Below are positions 10,919 through 21,438 of a DNA stretch of 64,000 nt, in pieces. Under the pieces are notes generated by a model, which searched no databases, was not told the origin of the DNA, and saw nothing but the letters and a program-made list of their open reading frames with translations. Source of the DNA: an uncultured archaeon (GTDB lineage Archaea; Thermoproteota; Nitrososphaeria; Nitrososphaerales; Gagatemarchaeaceae). Position numbers and translations under genes: made by a program. Location of the stretch: NCBI GenBank assembly GCA_963799775.1, contig CAWCYD010000003.1, positions 96,001 to 160,000 on the forward strand. Direction: 5' to 3'. How positions within the stretch are numbered: position 1 is the first letter of the stretch; every line of letters starts with the position of its first letter.

Positions 10919-12547
10919 ATGGGCATTCTCGGATCGATCAAGGGCGCATGGACGGCGTCGTGGGCCGGAATCCGCGCGGCCCTCCAGCCGAGGATGACGC
11001 TCCGCTACCCCGACCAGAAGCTCGACCTCGAAGGACCGGGATATCGCTTCGACCCGAGGAACGGCGTCGGGCTGCCAGGCTTCAAGGGAAGGCACATGCT
11101 CAAGGAGGACAAGTGCACAGGGTGCCAGCTCTGCGCCATAGCCTGCGACGGGGTCGCTGTCGCGATCGAGATGCAGACCCACGTGAGGAACCGCCCCCAG
11201 AACAAGAAGAACTACTGGCCCGCCGTGGACTACGGCAGGTGCGTCTTCTGCGGATTATGCGTTGATTATTTAACAGAAGTGCAAACTAATCCTGGATTAA
11301 AGCAAATAAATCAGATTGCAGTCGGCGACCTTCTTCTCACTCATAGGGGTGACTATAAGCCCGTCACCAAGATATGGGACATGAGTTATTCTGGGGCCTT
11401 CTACAGAATCTATGTTTACGGCAAGCCCGATTCTCTCGCTTGCACCGCCGACCATCCCATCATGGCTGTGTCCAGGCCGGTCTCCAATAGGAAAGACAGG
11501 CGTCTTCTACGCGTGACTACCCCTCTCGCTTTCTACAAGCCGGGCGAGCTAAAGGCAGGCGACTACCTGGTCAGCCCTATTGTTCGGAAGACCGTCCTGA
11601 CCTCCACCTACGAGAAGGATGTCCAGATCTACAGAGGCGGAAAGACCACAAGAAGGCTCTCTCTGATTGCATCTCCTGAACTCTTCCGCCTCATTGGATA
11701 CTATCTTGCTGAAGGCTCATGCGACGGCGGAAGGACGGTGAATTTCGACTTCAACGAGAATGAACTAGAGACCCACGCCAAAGATTGCTGCGACCTGGTT
11801 GCAAAATTCTTTGGGAAGGCATGCAAGATAAAGAAGAACGGAGAACACGGAATCAGGCTTGTTCTTTACTCGGCAATCGCGGAGGATTTCTTCTCGCAAT
11901 TCGGGAAAGGCGCGCCAAACAAGAAGATGGCCGACTGGATATTCTTCGCGGAGCCGGAGAAGCAGCTCGAGCTCCTAAAGGGCGAGTGGCAAGGGGATGG
12001 GTGCAGGGTGAGGCAAGCTCGCCAAAAATACCTCAACATCACGACCACGTCAAAAACACTCGCGTTTCAATTGCAATCCGTTTACGCGAGACTGGGCATA
12101 GTTGCCACCATCGACACAGAGCATTCCCCCAACCGGCTCCGGAGCTACCATGTCAACGTCTTCGGGCGGTGGGCAATCAAGCTCGCGAACATGTGGAATG
12201 TCGAATTTGATTACCGACCAACCAAGCACACCGACAAATTCCACATTGACGAGAACTACGTCTACCTTCCGATTCGGAGGATCGAGGTCGAGTTGGTTGA
12301 GAACCATCGCGTCATGGATGTCACCGTAAAAGACGATCACACGTTCGCCCCTCTCGGGCTCGCCACATCAAACTGCGTCGATGCCTGTCCTTTCGACGCA
12401 CTCTCCATGACCAACGACTACGAGCTGTCTGCATACGACAAGGAGAGCCTGAAGTACTCCTCTGACATGCTCATGATCCCGCCTCCTGCTTTCGGCGAGG
12501 CCAAGGTCAAGTTCGACCCGAAGAAAGGGACGGTCACACATGGTTGA
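10919..12547 (+). CDS. nuoI: NADH-quinone oxidoreductase subunit I containing an intein
   Basis: CTGCQLCAIAC and CVFCGL|CVDACP ferredoxin motifs; the second is interrupted by 372 aa; spliced product is 170 aa. Confidence 0.92.
   Translation: MGILGSIKGAWTASWAGIRAALQPRMTLRYPDQKLDLEGPGYRFDPRNGVGLPGFKGRHMLKEDKCTGCQLCAIACDGVAVAIEMQTHVRNRPQNKKNYWPAVDYGRCVFCGLCVDYLTEVQTNPGLKQINQIAVGDLLLTHRGDYKPVTKIWDMSYSGAFYRIYVYGKPDSLACTADHPIMAVSRPVSNRKDRRLLRVTTPLAFYKPGELKAGDYLVSPIVRKTVLTSTYEKDVQIYRGGKTTRRLSLIASPELFRLIGYYLAEGSCDGGRTVNFDFNENELETHAKDCCDLVAKFFGKACKIKKNGEHGIRLVLYSAIAEDFFSQFGKGAPNKKMADWIFFAEPEKQLELLKGEWQGDGCRVRQARQKYLNITTTSKTLAFQLQSVYARLGIVATIDTEHSPNRLRSYHVNVFGRWAIKLANMWNVEFDYRPTKHTDKFHIDENYVYLPIRRIEVELVENHRVMDVTVKDDHTFAPLGLATSNCVDACPFDALSMTNDYELSAYDKESLKYSSDMLMIPPPAFGEAKVKFDPKKGTVTHG
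11258..12373 (+). mobile_element. Intein with LAGLIDADG homing endonuclease
   Basis: Block A CVDYLTEVQT, block B CTADHP (TxxH), LAGLIDADG motifs LIGYYLAEG and LLKGEWQGDG, block F/G VMDVTVKDDHTF...TSN followed by Cys+1; 5' part is visibly more AT-rich than the host gene. Confidence 0.92.
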
Positions 12548-13067
12548 CGTGACCGACGTAGCGTTCATCTCCCTCACCGTGGTCGCGGTCGGTGGAGCTC
12601 TTGCGGCGCTGGAGGCTCGAGAGATAATCTACGGGGCGGTGGGCCTGGCGGCGAGCTTCTTCGGCGTTGCGTCTCTGTTCTTTCTGCTCGACTCTCCGTT
12701 CATCGCGGTCTTCCAGATCACCGTGTACGTCGGAGCTGTCGCCGTCCTCGTGCTCTTCACGGTCATGCTCGTCCGCGAGGGAAGATGGTTCGGCGACTCG
12801 ATGGGACCCAGAGCGAGGGCAGCCGCGATCGTGACCGTCCTGGCCCTCATCGCCTCCCTCATCTCCAGTTTCATCGCCGCGGGCCTCTCAAACTCCACAG
12901 AGCAGGCGCAGGCCCCGAGCTTCGTCGGCATAGGCCAGCTGCTCACAGGGCCCTACGCTCCCGCGTTGGAGGCGATGGCGCTCGTCCTAGCCGCCTCGGT
13001 CCTTGGGGCGCTGACGTTGGCGAAGGTCGAACCCGCCGAGAGCGCGGCCGAGGGCAGGGGTGCGTGA
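12540..13067 (+). CDS. nuoJ: NADH-quinone oxidoreductase subunit J
   Basis: FQITVYVGAVAVLVLFTVML motif and operon position. Confidence 0.92.
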   Translation: MVDVTDVAFISLTVVAVGGALAALEAREIIYGAVGLAASFFGVASLFFLLDSPFIAVFQITVYVGAVAVLVLFTVMLVREGRWFGDSMGPRARAAAIVTVLALIASLISSFIAAGLSNSTEQAQAPSFVGIGQLLTGPYAPALEAMALVLAASVLGALTLAKVEPAESAAEGRGA

Positions 13068-13076
13068 GGGAGGGCC

Positions 13077-13385
13077 TTGACGGTAGCGCTCTCGGACTAC
13101 CTCATCGTCTCGGCGCTCCTCTTCGGTGTTGGGGTGTACGGCCTGATGACGAAGCGCAACGCGATGCGGCTGGTCTTCTCCGTCGAGATACTCGTCAACG
13201 CCGCGAACATCAACTTCATCGCCTTCAACAGGTTCCTCTGGCCGACCGCTCTAGGGCAGACCGTGGTGCTGTTCTCGATAGCCCTCGCGGCCGCGGAGGC
13301 AGCGGTGATCCTCGCCATAGTCGTAGTGGCCTACAGGATCCACGACGATGTAGACGTGAGCGCACTGAAGAACCTCAAGGGTTAG
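13077..13385 (+). CDS. nuoK: NADH-quinone oxidoreductase subunit K
   Basis: SVEILVNAANINF, AAAEAAV. Confidence 0.95.
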   Translation: MTVALSDYLIVSALLFGVGVYGLMTKRNAMRLVFSVEILVNAANINFIAFNRFLWPTALGQTVVLFSIALAAAEAAVILAIVVVAYRIHDDVDVSALKNLKG

Positions 13386-13466
13386 GGTGCTTGGTCGAGA
13401 TGAGACTTCGCGACCTCTTAGTGGGGGCAGTGGGCTCGACCTCCACCTTGGAAGAGTGACATCAGC

Positions 13467-14981
13467 ATGGCGTCGATCCCCTTTGTCCTGCTCCAAATCG
13501 TGCTGGTGCCCCTCCTGGGCGGAGCCGCCTCTTTCGCTCTCGGAGGGGCGCTGGGAAAGCGCGTGGGCTGGATCGCGTCAGCGTCCTTGGTCTACACCTC
13601 CGTCCTTCTGCTCTCGGTCGGGAGCGGTCTCTTCGGCGGCGGCCAGCCTGTGGCTGAGAGCTACTCGTGGGCCCCGGCCGCCGGCCTGAACTTTGGCTTC
13701 CTCGCAGACGGCCTCAGCCTCCCTGTCGCGCTGGTGATGTCGCTCGTCTCTGCCGCGGTCGCGATCTACTCGATGCCCTACCTCGAGCACAGGTTCGAGG
13801 AGCTCTCCGGAGACTCTGGCAGGCGATACGGGCTCTACTACCTGAACTTCTTGCTCGTCGTCGTGGGAATACTCGGAGTCTCGCTCTCCACCAACCTCAT
13901 CGAGCTCTATCTCTTCGTCGAGCTCATGCTCATCCCCACCTTCTTCATCCTGGGGCTCTTCGGATACGTCCAGAGAGGTCGCGTCGCCATCATGTACTTC
14001 GTCTGGAACCAGCTGGGGGCATTCATATTCCTCGTCGGGATACTCTTGGCGTACTCCTCGACGGGGAGCTTCCAGGTCTCCTCGCTCTCAGCAATGAGCT
14101 CGGCCTCGACGCTGAGCTACTGGGTCTTCTTCCTCGTGATGCTCGGCTGGTTCGTGAAGATGGGAGTCGTGGGCGTCCACATGTGGCTGCCCACATCCGA
14201 GGCAGAGCCCCCGACCTCCTTCGCGCCGATAATGGCGGCGGTGGTGGGCTTGGGGAACTACGTCGTGGCCAGGCTCCTCGTACAGAACATGCCCTCGGTC
14301 TTCCAGACGTTCTCCATCCCTTTCATGGCGGTCGCGCTCCTTACGATGATCTTCGGCGGGGCGATGACGCTCGTCCAGAACGACGTCAAGTACCTCTTCG
14401 CGTGGTCGACTATGAGCCAGAACGCCTACTCCCTCCTCGGGATAGGCAGCCTGACGGTCCTCGGCGTCTCTGGTGGGATATTCTACGCCCTGAGCCACGT
14501 CATCGGCAAGTGCTTGCTCTTCTCGGTGGCCGGCATACTCCTCGCGCGGACAGGGCTCCGCGACATGAAGCAGATGGGAGGCCTGGCGAGCAAGATGCCC
14601 CTGACCGCGACCATTTGCCTCATCGGGGCGCTGATCCTCTCTGCGGTCCCGCCTACGAGCGGATTCCAAGCGGAGTGGATAATGTTCACCGGCATATTCT
14701 ACCAAGGGGCATACGGGGCGACCACGAACCTCGCGATCGGCATCCTGGGGATCATAGCGACCGCCCTCACGGTGGCCTACACGTTCTGGCCCGTGAGGAG
14801 GATCTTCTTCGGACCTCTCCCCGCAAGCTTGCAGACCGTGACGGAGGCACCGCTCACGATGACCGTGCCGCTCTTGGCGCTCGTCGTCGCGGCCCTCCTC
14901 CTCGGGATCTATCCTGACCTTGCCACGAAGATGCTCGTCAACTTCGCGAACTCCCTTCACGTCTTGAAAGGAGGACTCTGA
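13467..14981 (+). CDS. nuoM: NADH-quinone oxidoreductase subunit M (first copy)
   Basis: ADGLSLP, FVELMLIP, VHMWLPTSEAEPP antiporter-like motifs. Confidence 0.85.
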   Translation: MASIPFVLLQIVLVPLLGGAASFALGGALGKRVGWIASASLVYTSVLLLSVGSGLFGGGQPVAESYSWAPAAGLNFGFLADGLSLPVALVMSLVSAAVAIYSMPYLEHRFEELSGDSGRRYGLYYLNFLLVVVGILGVSLSTNLIELYLFVELMLIPTFFILGLFGYVQRGRVAIMYFVWNQLGAFIFLVGILLAYSSTGSFQVSSLSAMSSASTLSYWVFFLVMLGWFVKMGVVGVHMWLPTSEAEPPTSFAPIMAAVVGLGNYVVARLLVQNMPSVFQTFSIPFMAVALLTMIFGGAMTLVQNDVKYLFAWSTMSQNAYSLLGIGSLTVLGVSGGIFYALSHVIGKCLLFSVAGILLARTGLRDMKQMGGLASKMPLTATICLIGALILSAVPPTSGFQAEWIMFTGIFYQGAYGATTNLAIGILGIIATALTVAYTFWPVRRIFFGPLPASLQTVTEAPLTMTVPLLALVVAALLLGIYPDLATKMLVNFANSLHVLKGGL

Positions 14982-14988
14982 GATTGTC

Positions 14989-17121
14989 TTGACGACCGCC
15001 TCGGTCCCGTCCATCTATTTCTGGCTGGTAATCATCCTCCCCTTCGCCGGTGCGCTCCTCACGCCGCTGCTCTCGAAGCTCGGAAGGCTGAGAGACTATG
15101 CCGCGGTCCTCTTCACCGGGCTCTCGGCGCTCTTCGCCTTCATCCTCCTCATCCCAGTGCTGGCCGGCCAGACCATCTCGGTCTACAACTCGGTCATCCC
15201 CACGTCCGTCCCCTGGATAAGCGAGCTCGGGATCAACATGGGCGTCCTCTACGACCCCTTCACGATAATCATCGTCAACGTCGTCACCTCGATCGCCCTG
15301 CTCATCATGGTCTACAGCCTCGACTACATGAGGGGCGACAAGGGCCTCACTCGATACTGGTTCTTCATGAATTTCTTCCTAGGGAACATGCTCCTGATCG
15401 TCCTCTCGGACAACCTCCTCTCGCTATTCATCGGATGGGAGGGCGTGGGGTTGTGCAGCTATGCCCTAATCGGATACTACTTCCACGACGAGCTCGAGGC
15501 GTGGGTCGGCACGCCAGGGCAGAAGGCCTTGGGCGAGGAGCAGGCATACTCGCCCTCCCACGCCGGGCTGAAGGCCTTCGTGATGACGAGGATAGGCGAC
15601 ATGGCGATGCTGATCGGGCTCTTCCTCGTCTTCATCTACGCGCACACGTTCAGCTTCCAGGCCCTGGCCAGCAACAACTCATGGGCCACCTCCCTTTCAA
15701 ACGCGGGGCTCTTGGTCCCGGCCGGCCTCCTCCTCTTCGGCGGGGCCATCGGCAAATCCGCCCAGTTCCCGCTTCAAGAGTGGCTCCCCGACGCCATGGC
15801 GGGGCCCGCTCCGGTCTCGGCCCTCATCCACGCCGCGACGATGGTCAACGCAGGAGTGGTCCTCGTGGCGCGGATCGGGCCGATATTCTATTTCGCCATG
15901 GCGGCCAACCCTTCGCTGGTCCAGCCTTTCTTCCTGACAGTGGCCTGGATAGGGGCGATCACGATGTTCCTGATGGCGACTCAGGGGATGGTCGGGTTCG
16001 AGCTGAAGAAGATCCTCGCCTACTCCACCGCCTCCCAGATCGGCTACATGATAATGGCGCTCGGGATTGCGGGCCTCTCGTCCGACTTCGCCCAGGGTCT
16101 CTCTGCGGGAATCTTCCAGCTCATGAGCCACGCCATCTTCAAGGCGAGCCTCTTCATGGCGGCGGGGTGCATCATCCACGCGACGGGAAGCAAGTACGTG
16201 ACAGGCATGGGCGGCCTGAAGGACAAGATGAGGCTCACCTTCGCGGTCTTCCTCATCGGGGCGGCATCCCTCTCGGGTCTCCCTCCGTTCGGTGGCTTCT
16301 GGAGCAAGGACGCCGTGCTCGCCTCGGCGTGGAGCGCCGGTCAGTGGGGGCTCTTCGCCGTAGGAGCCGTGACCGCCGGGATAACGGCGTTCTACACGTT
16401 CAGGATGTTCGGGCTGATATTCTACGGGGAGACGAGCGAACAGGCCGTAGAGCACCACGTCCACGAGGCGGTGCACCTCGCTTGGGTGCCGTATGCGATC
16501 TTGGGAGTCACGACGGTGCTCCTAGGCGTCTTGGCGCCGCTTGTCAACATCGAAGGCGCGCTAGAATCGGCGGCGACCACCTATCTTCATGGCCTCTACC
16601 CCTCGGCCGCGCTCCCGAGCGTCCCTGGGGCCTTCTCGTTCAACATCGAACCAGCTGGCATCGCCCTCGTGTTCGTGCTCATAGGGGTGGGCGCGGCCTA
16701 CACACTCTACATCGCCAGGCGCGTCCAGCCATCCACCCTGATCGGACAGACCGGCGTCTTGCACTCGCTCTACAGGTTCCTGGAGAACAGGTGGTATCTC
16801 AACGCGATATACTACCGGATCTTCGTGGACCCGCTCCTCGCAACCTCCTCCTGGTTGCTCGACCACGTCGAGCTGAACGGGCTCGAGCGCGTCAACACGG
16901 GCGCAGCCGGCCTCTGGGTCCGCATCTCCAAGGCTGGAGGTTGGATAGACGACAACGTCATCGATGCGGCGGCGACCGGTGTCGCCGTCGACGGCGAGTC
17001 CATCTCCAAGGCACTCAGGCGCATCCAGAGCGGAGTGCTCGAGAACTACACGCTGATCTTCGCGGCTGGCCTGGCGATAATCCTGCTCCTCTTCATCCTC
17101 GCCACAGGAGTCCTGGGATAG
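14989..17121 (+). CDS. nuoL: NADH-quinone oxidoreductase subunit L (long, 710 aa)
   Basis: GWEGVGLCSYALIG, GKSAQFPLQEWLPDAMAGPAPVSALIHAATMV, LKKILAYST. Confidence 0.95.
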   Translation: MTTASVPSIYFWLVIILPFAGALLTPLLSKLGRLRDYAAVLFTGLSALFAFILLIPVLAGQTISVYNSVIPTSVPWISELGINMGVLYDPFTIIIVNVVTSIALLIMVYSLDYMRGDKGLTRYWFFMNFFLGNMLLIVLSDNLLSLFIGWEGVGLCSYALIGYYFHDELEAWVGTPGQKALGEEQAYSPSHAGLKAFVMTRIGDMAMLIGLFLVFIYAHTFSFQALASNNSWATSLSNAGLLVPAGLLLFGGAIGKSAQFPLQEWLPDAMAGPAPVSALIHAATMVNAGVVLVARIGPIFYFAMAANPSLVQPFFLTVAWIGAITMFLMATQGMVGFELKKILAYSTASQIGYMIMALGIAGLSSDFAQGLSAGIFQLMSHAIFKASLFMAAGCIIHATGSKYVTGMGGLKDKMRLTFAVFLIGAASLSGLPPFGGFWSKDAVLASAWSAGQWGLFAVGAVTAGITAFYTFRMFGLIFYGETSEQAVEHHVHEAVHLAWVPYAILGVTTVLLGVLAPLVNIEGALESAATTYLHGLYPSAALPSVPGAFSFNIEPAGIALVFVLIGVGAAYTLYIARRVQPSTLIGQTGVLHSLYRFLENRWYLNAIYYRIFVDPLLATSSWLLDHVELNGLERVNTGAAGLWVRISKAGGWIDDNVIDAAATGVAVDGESISKALRRIQSGVLENYTLIFAAGLAIILLLFILATGVLG

Positions 17122-17124
17122 AAG

Positions 17125-18632
17125 ATGAGCTTCGTCCTCTCGCTCCTCATCCTAATCCCCTTCTTGGGAAGCGGCGTCACCTTCGCGTACTCCAGCCTGG
17201 CTCAAGGCCGGCGGACTGCCCCTGCCGTCGCGGGCGCTTTCGCCCTCGCGACTCTCCTCGTCGCGGGCTACGCGTTCTGGTCGGTGTATTCCAACACGCC
17301 GGCCCTAGGTCAGTATGCCTTGGGGGAGGACCACCCTTGGATCAGCCTCTCCACGTTCAACGTCGACGTCCTGCTCGGTCTCGACGGGCTGAGCGCGCCC
17401 CTCGTCCTCGCGACCTCCATCGTGGCCTTGCTCTCGATCTTCACCTCCAGGGTGTTGATAGAGTCAAAGGCAGCGGTGTACTACGCGCTCCTGCTCCTCG
17501 CGGAGGGCTCGGCGATCGGGGCCTTCGCCTCCCTCAACCTCGTCGTCTTCTACCTCTTCTGGGAGCTCACGCTCATACCCATGTTCTTCCTTATCGGCGT
17601 CTGGGGCGGAGATAGACGCAGATACGCGGCGCTGAAGTTCATCATATTCACGTTCGCAGGAAGCTCGGTGATGCTCCTCGGGTTCCTAGCGGTCTACTTT
17701 GGGGCGACGCCCTCAACCTTCGACATCCCCAACCTCGCGGGGAAGATCCCGACGGGGCTGCAGTACCTCCCGCTTCTGGCTGTGTTCGTGGGGATGGCCG
17801 TGGAGCTCCCGATATTCCCGTTCCACAGCTGGCAGCCTGACGCGTACGAGCAGGCCCCGGCTGCCGTCAACCCCTTGCTCTCAGGGATACTTCCGAAGTT
17901 CGCAGGCTACGCCGCCATCAGGATAGCGGTCGGCCTCTTCCCGCAGGCCGCGTACCAGTACGCCTGGGCCTTCATCGCGGTGGCCGTGGTGTCCATGTTC
18001 TACGGGGTCGTGGTGGCGCTCTTCCAGAATGACATGAAGAGGATGTTCGCCTACACGAGCATGAGCCACATGGGCTTCATCCTCTTCGGTGTCTTCGCCA
18101 CCGTCCTCTCTGGGAACCCCCTAGGAATCGAGGGCGCCATCCTTCTCATGTTCGCGCACGCCCTCGTGGTGGGCGGCCTCTTCTCCACCGCCGGCCTGAT
18201 AGAGAAGATGAGAGGCACGAGGAAGATCGCCGAGCTCGGCGGGCTGCTCTGGCGGGCCCCGGTGACGGCCGCACTCTTGGCCCTCTCCAGCGCCGCCACG
18301 ATGGGGATACCGCCTTTCGTGAGCTTCCTCGCAGAGCTGATGGTCATCTCCGGAGGGATTTCTGCGTACGCGGTCACGGCAGTGACCGTCCTCGTCCCCG
18401 TGATCACCGGCGGCTACATGCTCTGGATGCTGAAGAGGGTGTTGATCGACCCGGCAGGAACAGGGGTCCTGCCGGTGGGCTCGGAGACGTGTCGCGCGCG
18501 GACGCCCTTGCGATATGCCTCTACCTCGTCCCCCTCGTCCTTCTGGTGGCCTTCTCGTATGTGATTCTCTCGCCCGCCGCCCCAGTCGCGCAGTGGGCCG
18601 CTAACCTTGTGCATGGAGGCGCGCCTCCCTGA
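17125..18632 (+). CDS. nuoM: NADH-quinone oxidoreductase subunit M (second copy), frameshift near the 3' end
   Basis: FYLFWELTLIPMFFLIGVWG, PFHSWQPDAYEQAP; ORF ends at 18564 but hydrophobic coding appears to continue to a TGATG overlap with nuoN. Confidence 0.88.
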
Positions 18633-20116
18633 TGGCTGACTACATCCTCTACGCGGTCGTGGCCCTGGCAGCCTCGGGGCTAGGCGTCCCGTTCCTGCAG
18701 CTTCTCGGGAAGAGACGAGAACTCTCGGGTTACCTGGTCATCGTCGCCCTCTTCGTGGCGCTCGTCTCGATAGCCCTCAACACGCTCACCGGCTCTGCGA
18801 GCTCCGCCCCGTTCGGGTCGCTCCTCACCTCCGACCTCCTCGGCGACCTCTTCGCGATGTTGACCCTCTTTGTCACCCTGTTCGTCGCGGTCGCTTCTCT
18901 GACACTCATCAAGTCGCCCAACTCGGCGTTCTACAACTCGCTCCTCTCCTTCGCGGCTCTGGGGATGCTGCTGATCTCCTACTCGGCAGACCTGCTGATG
19001 CTCTTCGTCGCCTGGGAGCTCATGAGCATCCCGACCTACGCGTTGGCCGGGTTCCAGAAGGGGAAGGAGGAGTCGAACGAGGCGGCCGTGAAATACGCAG
19101 TGCTGGGCGCGCTCTCGTCCGCGATAATCCTCTACGCGATAAGCCTCACCTACGGGCTCACGGGGACAACCGGGATAGCCGCGGCGGTCGCGTCCCTAGG
19201 CTCTCAGCTGTCCGACCCCATCGCGGGCTTGGCGGTCCTTCTCTTCATAGTCGGCTTCGGGTTCAAGATGTCCATCGTCCCATTTCACATGTGGGCGCCG
19301 GATGCGTATGAGGGCGCGCCCACCCCCGTCGCGGCCCTCTTCGCCTCGGGGACGAAGAAGGCAGGGTTCGTCGCGTCCATCAGGGTGGTGCTGGCCATCT
19401 CCACCGTCTACTCGCTCGCGCCCCACGGGGGCCTCTTCACCGTCCCAAACGTATTGGCCGTCCTGGCTGTCGCCACGATGACCCTCGGAAACCTCGCCGC
19501 CCTCACCCAGAAGAGCATGACCCGCCTCTTGGCCTACTCGAGCATCGCCCAAGCCGGATACATCCTGATCGGCTTTGTGATCTACTCATACGGCCAGGGC
19601 AACCCCGCGTTCGCACAGCAGGCCCTGCTCGGGATGACAGGCTCGCTCTTCCACATCATCAACCACTCTCTGATGAAAGGGGCGGCATTCCTTGCCGCGG
19701 GCCTGGTCATACTCAAGATAGGCAGCGGGAGCGTAGAAGCGTTCAACGGCCTGGGGCGCAGGATGCCGGTGACCGCCTTCACGATGGCAATCTCTTTCCT
19801 CGCTCTGGCCGGGGCCTCGCCTCTCAACGGCTTTTGGAGCAAGCTCATCCTCTTCACGTCGGTGCTCAACACCCCCTACTCCTGGCTCGCGGTGGCGGGG
19901 GTGCTCAACAGCGCCGTGAGCATCGGATACTACGGATGGGTGATCAAGAGGATGTACCTGGACGACCCCGAGGGAGAGGCCACGCGCCTCGATGAGCCCA
20001 TCTCCTTCGTCCTTGTGCTCGGAGTCCTGGTCGCGCTCATAATAGGTCTGGGGCTGTTCCCCGGGCCTGCAATCTCTTTCGCCCACAGCGCTGTCCCTTC
20101 TCTGACGGGCCCCTGA
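18632..20116 (+). CDS. nuoN: NADH-quinone oxidoreductase subunit N
   Basis: SNEAAVKY, FKMSIVPFHMWAPDAYEGAP, RLLAYSSIAQAGY. Confidence 0.95.
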   Translation: MADYILYAVVALAASGLGVPFLQLLGKRRELSGYLVIVALFVALVSIALNTLTGSASSAPFGSLLTSDLLGDLFAMLTLFVTLFVAVASLTLIKSPNSAFYNSLLSFAALGMLLISYSADLLMLFVAWELMSIPTYALAGFQKGKEESNEAAVKYAVLGALSSAIILYAISLTYGLTGTTGIAAAVASLGSQLSDPIAGLAVLLFIVGFGFKMSIVPFHMWAPDAYEGAPTPVAALFASGTKKAGFVASIRVVLAISTVYSLAPHGGLFTVPNVLAVLAVATMTLGNLAALTQKSMTRLLAYSSIAQAGYILIGFVIYSYGQGNPAFAQQALLGMTGSLFHIINHSLMKGAAFLAAGLVILKIGSGSVEAFNGLGRRMPVTAFTMAISFLALAGASPLNGFWSKLILFTSVLNTPYSWLAVAGVLNSAVSIGYYGWVIKRMYLDDPEGEATRLDEPISFVLVLGVLVALIIGLGLFPGPAISFAHSAVPSLTGP

Positions 20117-20178
20117 GAGATACACGAGACGTCATTCACAAGTCGTATATAGAAGAAAGTCCCGTTCCAAGCATCTTC

Positions 20179-21379
20179 TTGAGACTAAGGTCTTCGTCTA
20201 GAGCAGCATGGGCAAAGAGCTCCTCGATCCTCGTGGCGCTCTTGCTCGCCGCAGGCGCAGTCCTACTGGTCCCCCTCGCCATGACCCACGGGCAGAGTCA
20301 GGCGAGCTCGACCACCACCACGCAGTCCGGTGGGGGTATCACGACGACCGTGACGACCACCGTCTTCATCAACAGCACGAGCCGACAAGGTCCATCAAGC
20401 GTCTCCGTAGCCTCAGTGAACCAGAACGGAACCGCGATCTTCGGGTACTACGTCGTCTTGTTCAGCTCGAACGGCAGCGTACTTGCGACAGGTCTCACGC
20501 CTCAGACCTTCCAGACTGCGTCTGGCAGCACCTACAGCATCCAGGTCCAGAGCTATGGGGCTTGCACCTTTGGCCACTGGTCGGACGGAGACACAAGCGA
20601 CAGCCGATTGTTTGTCGCCAACAGCGCCAACATGGAGTTCATGGCGATTTATGATTGCGCTGCAAACGCTGGGTCGCAGGGCGTCGGTCTCGTGCAGCAG
20701 GCGGAGGCGACGTGCTCCTACGTCTGTGTGAATGGGTCTGCCACGGCCAGCTTCCCGTCGACAGTCAGCGCGGGGGACATGATGGTGATTACGATAGTGA
20801 GCGACGACCTCACGACTCTTAACGTCCTGGATACGCTCGGGACCGGCCTCAAGCTGGCGACGAGTTCGACGAGCACCTCATGTGACTCGAACACCGGGAC
20901 TTGTCAGGCGGACATTTATTGGGGCATCGTAAAGTCTTCGGGCCTCGACACGGTGGTCGCGAGCGAAGGGGCGTCTAACCGGGCGCTTAGGATGCAGCTC
21001 TGGGAGTTCAGCGGCGTCACCGGGATCTCCACGGGCGATTGCAGTGTAGTCTCCTATCCCGCGGGCTCGGCGCTCCTTGCCACGGGCAGGGACGCCTATG
21101 GGGCTGGGACGGGCTTCACGTGGAAGGTCTATTACGCCTCAGGACTCGCGGGCAGCGAATACCAGATCCCGTCAGGCGCTGGGACGGCCACCTTCGCGTT
21201 CTCGACCAGCGTCAATTCAGTCGAAGCAAACATCGTCCTGCTCCAATCTCCTGCGCAGGTGGGATGCGGGATCGGGTCAGTGTCCTTCCACCTCGTCATC
21301 TATTCCTCCGACGACAACGGTCTCGGGGACAGTCACGACTGTCACGGTCACGACGACAGAAACCTCCAGCAGTTCCTAG
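20179..21379 (+). CDS. Secreted S/T-rich surface protein with Cys-containing repeat domain; probable frameshift near 21270
   Basis: Signal/TM helix, Thr-rich linkers, YGACTFGHWSDG domain; Thr-rich tail STSSSIPPTTTVSG...SSSS* in the alternative frame ends at 21379. Confidence 0.6.
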
Positions 21380-21438
21380 GCCGCGAGCGAGCTCCCAACT
21401 TTTCCGGGACGGATGTCTTAGTCGATATCTACGCCACG

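Noticed and set aside
13386-13466. Possible structured RNA between nuoK and nuoM (GGTCGAG/CTCGACC arms)
   Set aside because: A 7-bp stem in GC- and TCGA-rich DNA is not significant, and no box motifs are recognised.
13667-17615. Long alternative-frame ORFs (416 and 726 aa) and antisense ORFs over nuo genes
   Set aside because: Arg/Pro/Gly-rich shadow ORFs expected from high GC3 codon usage.
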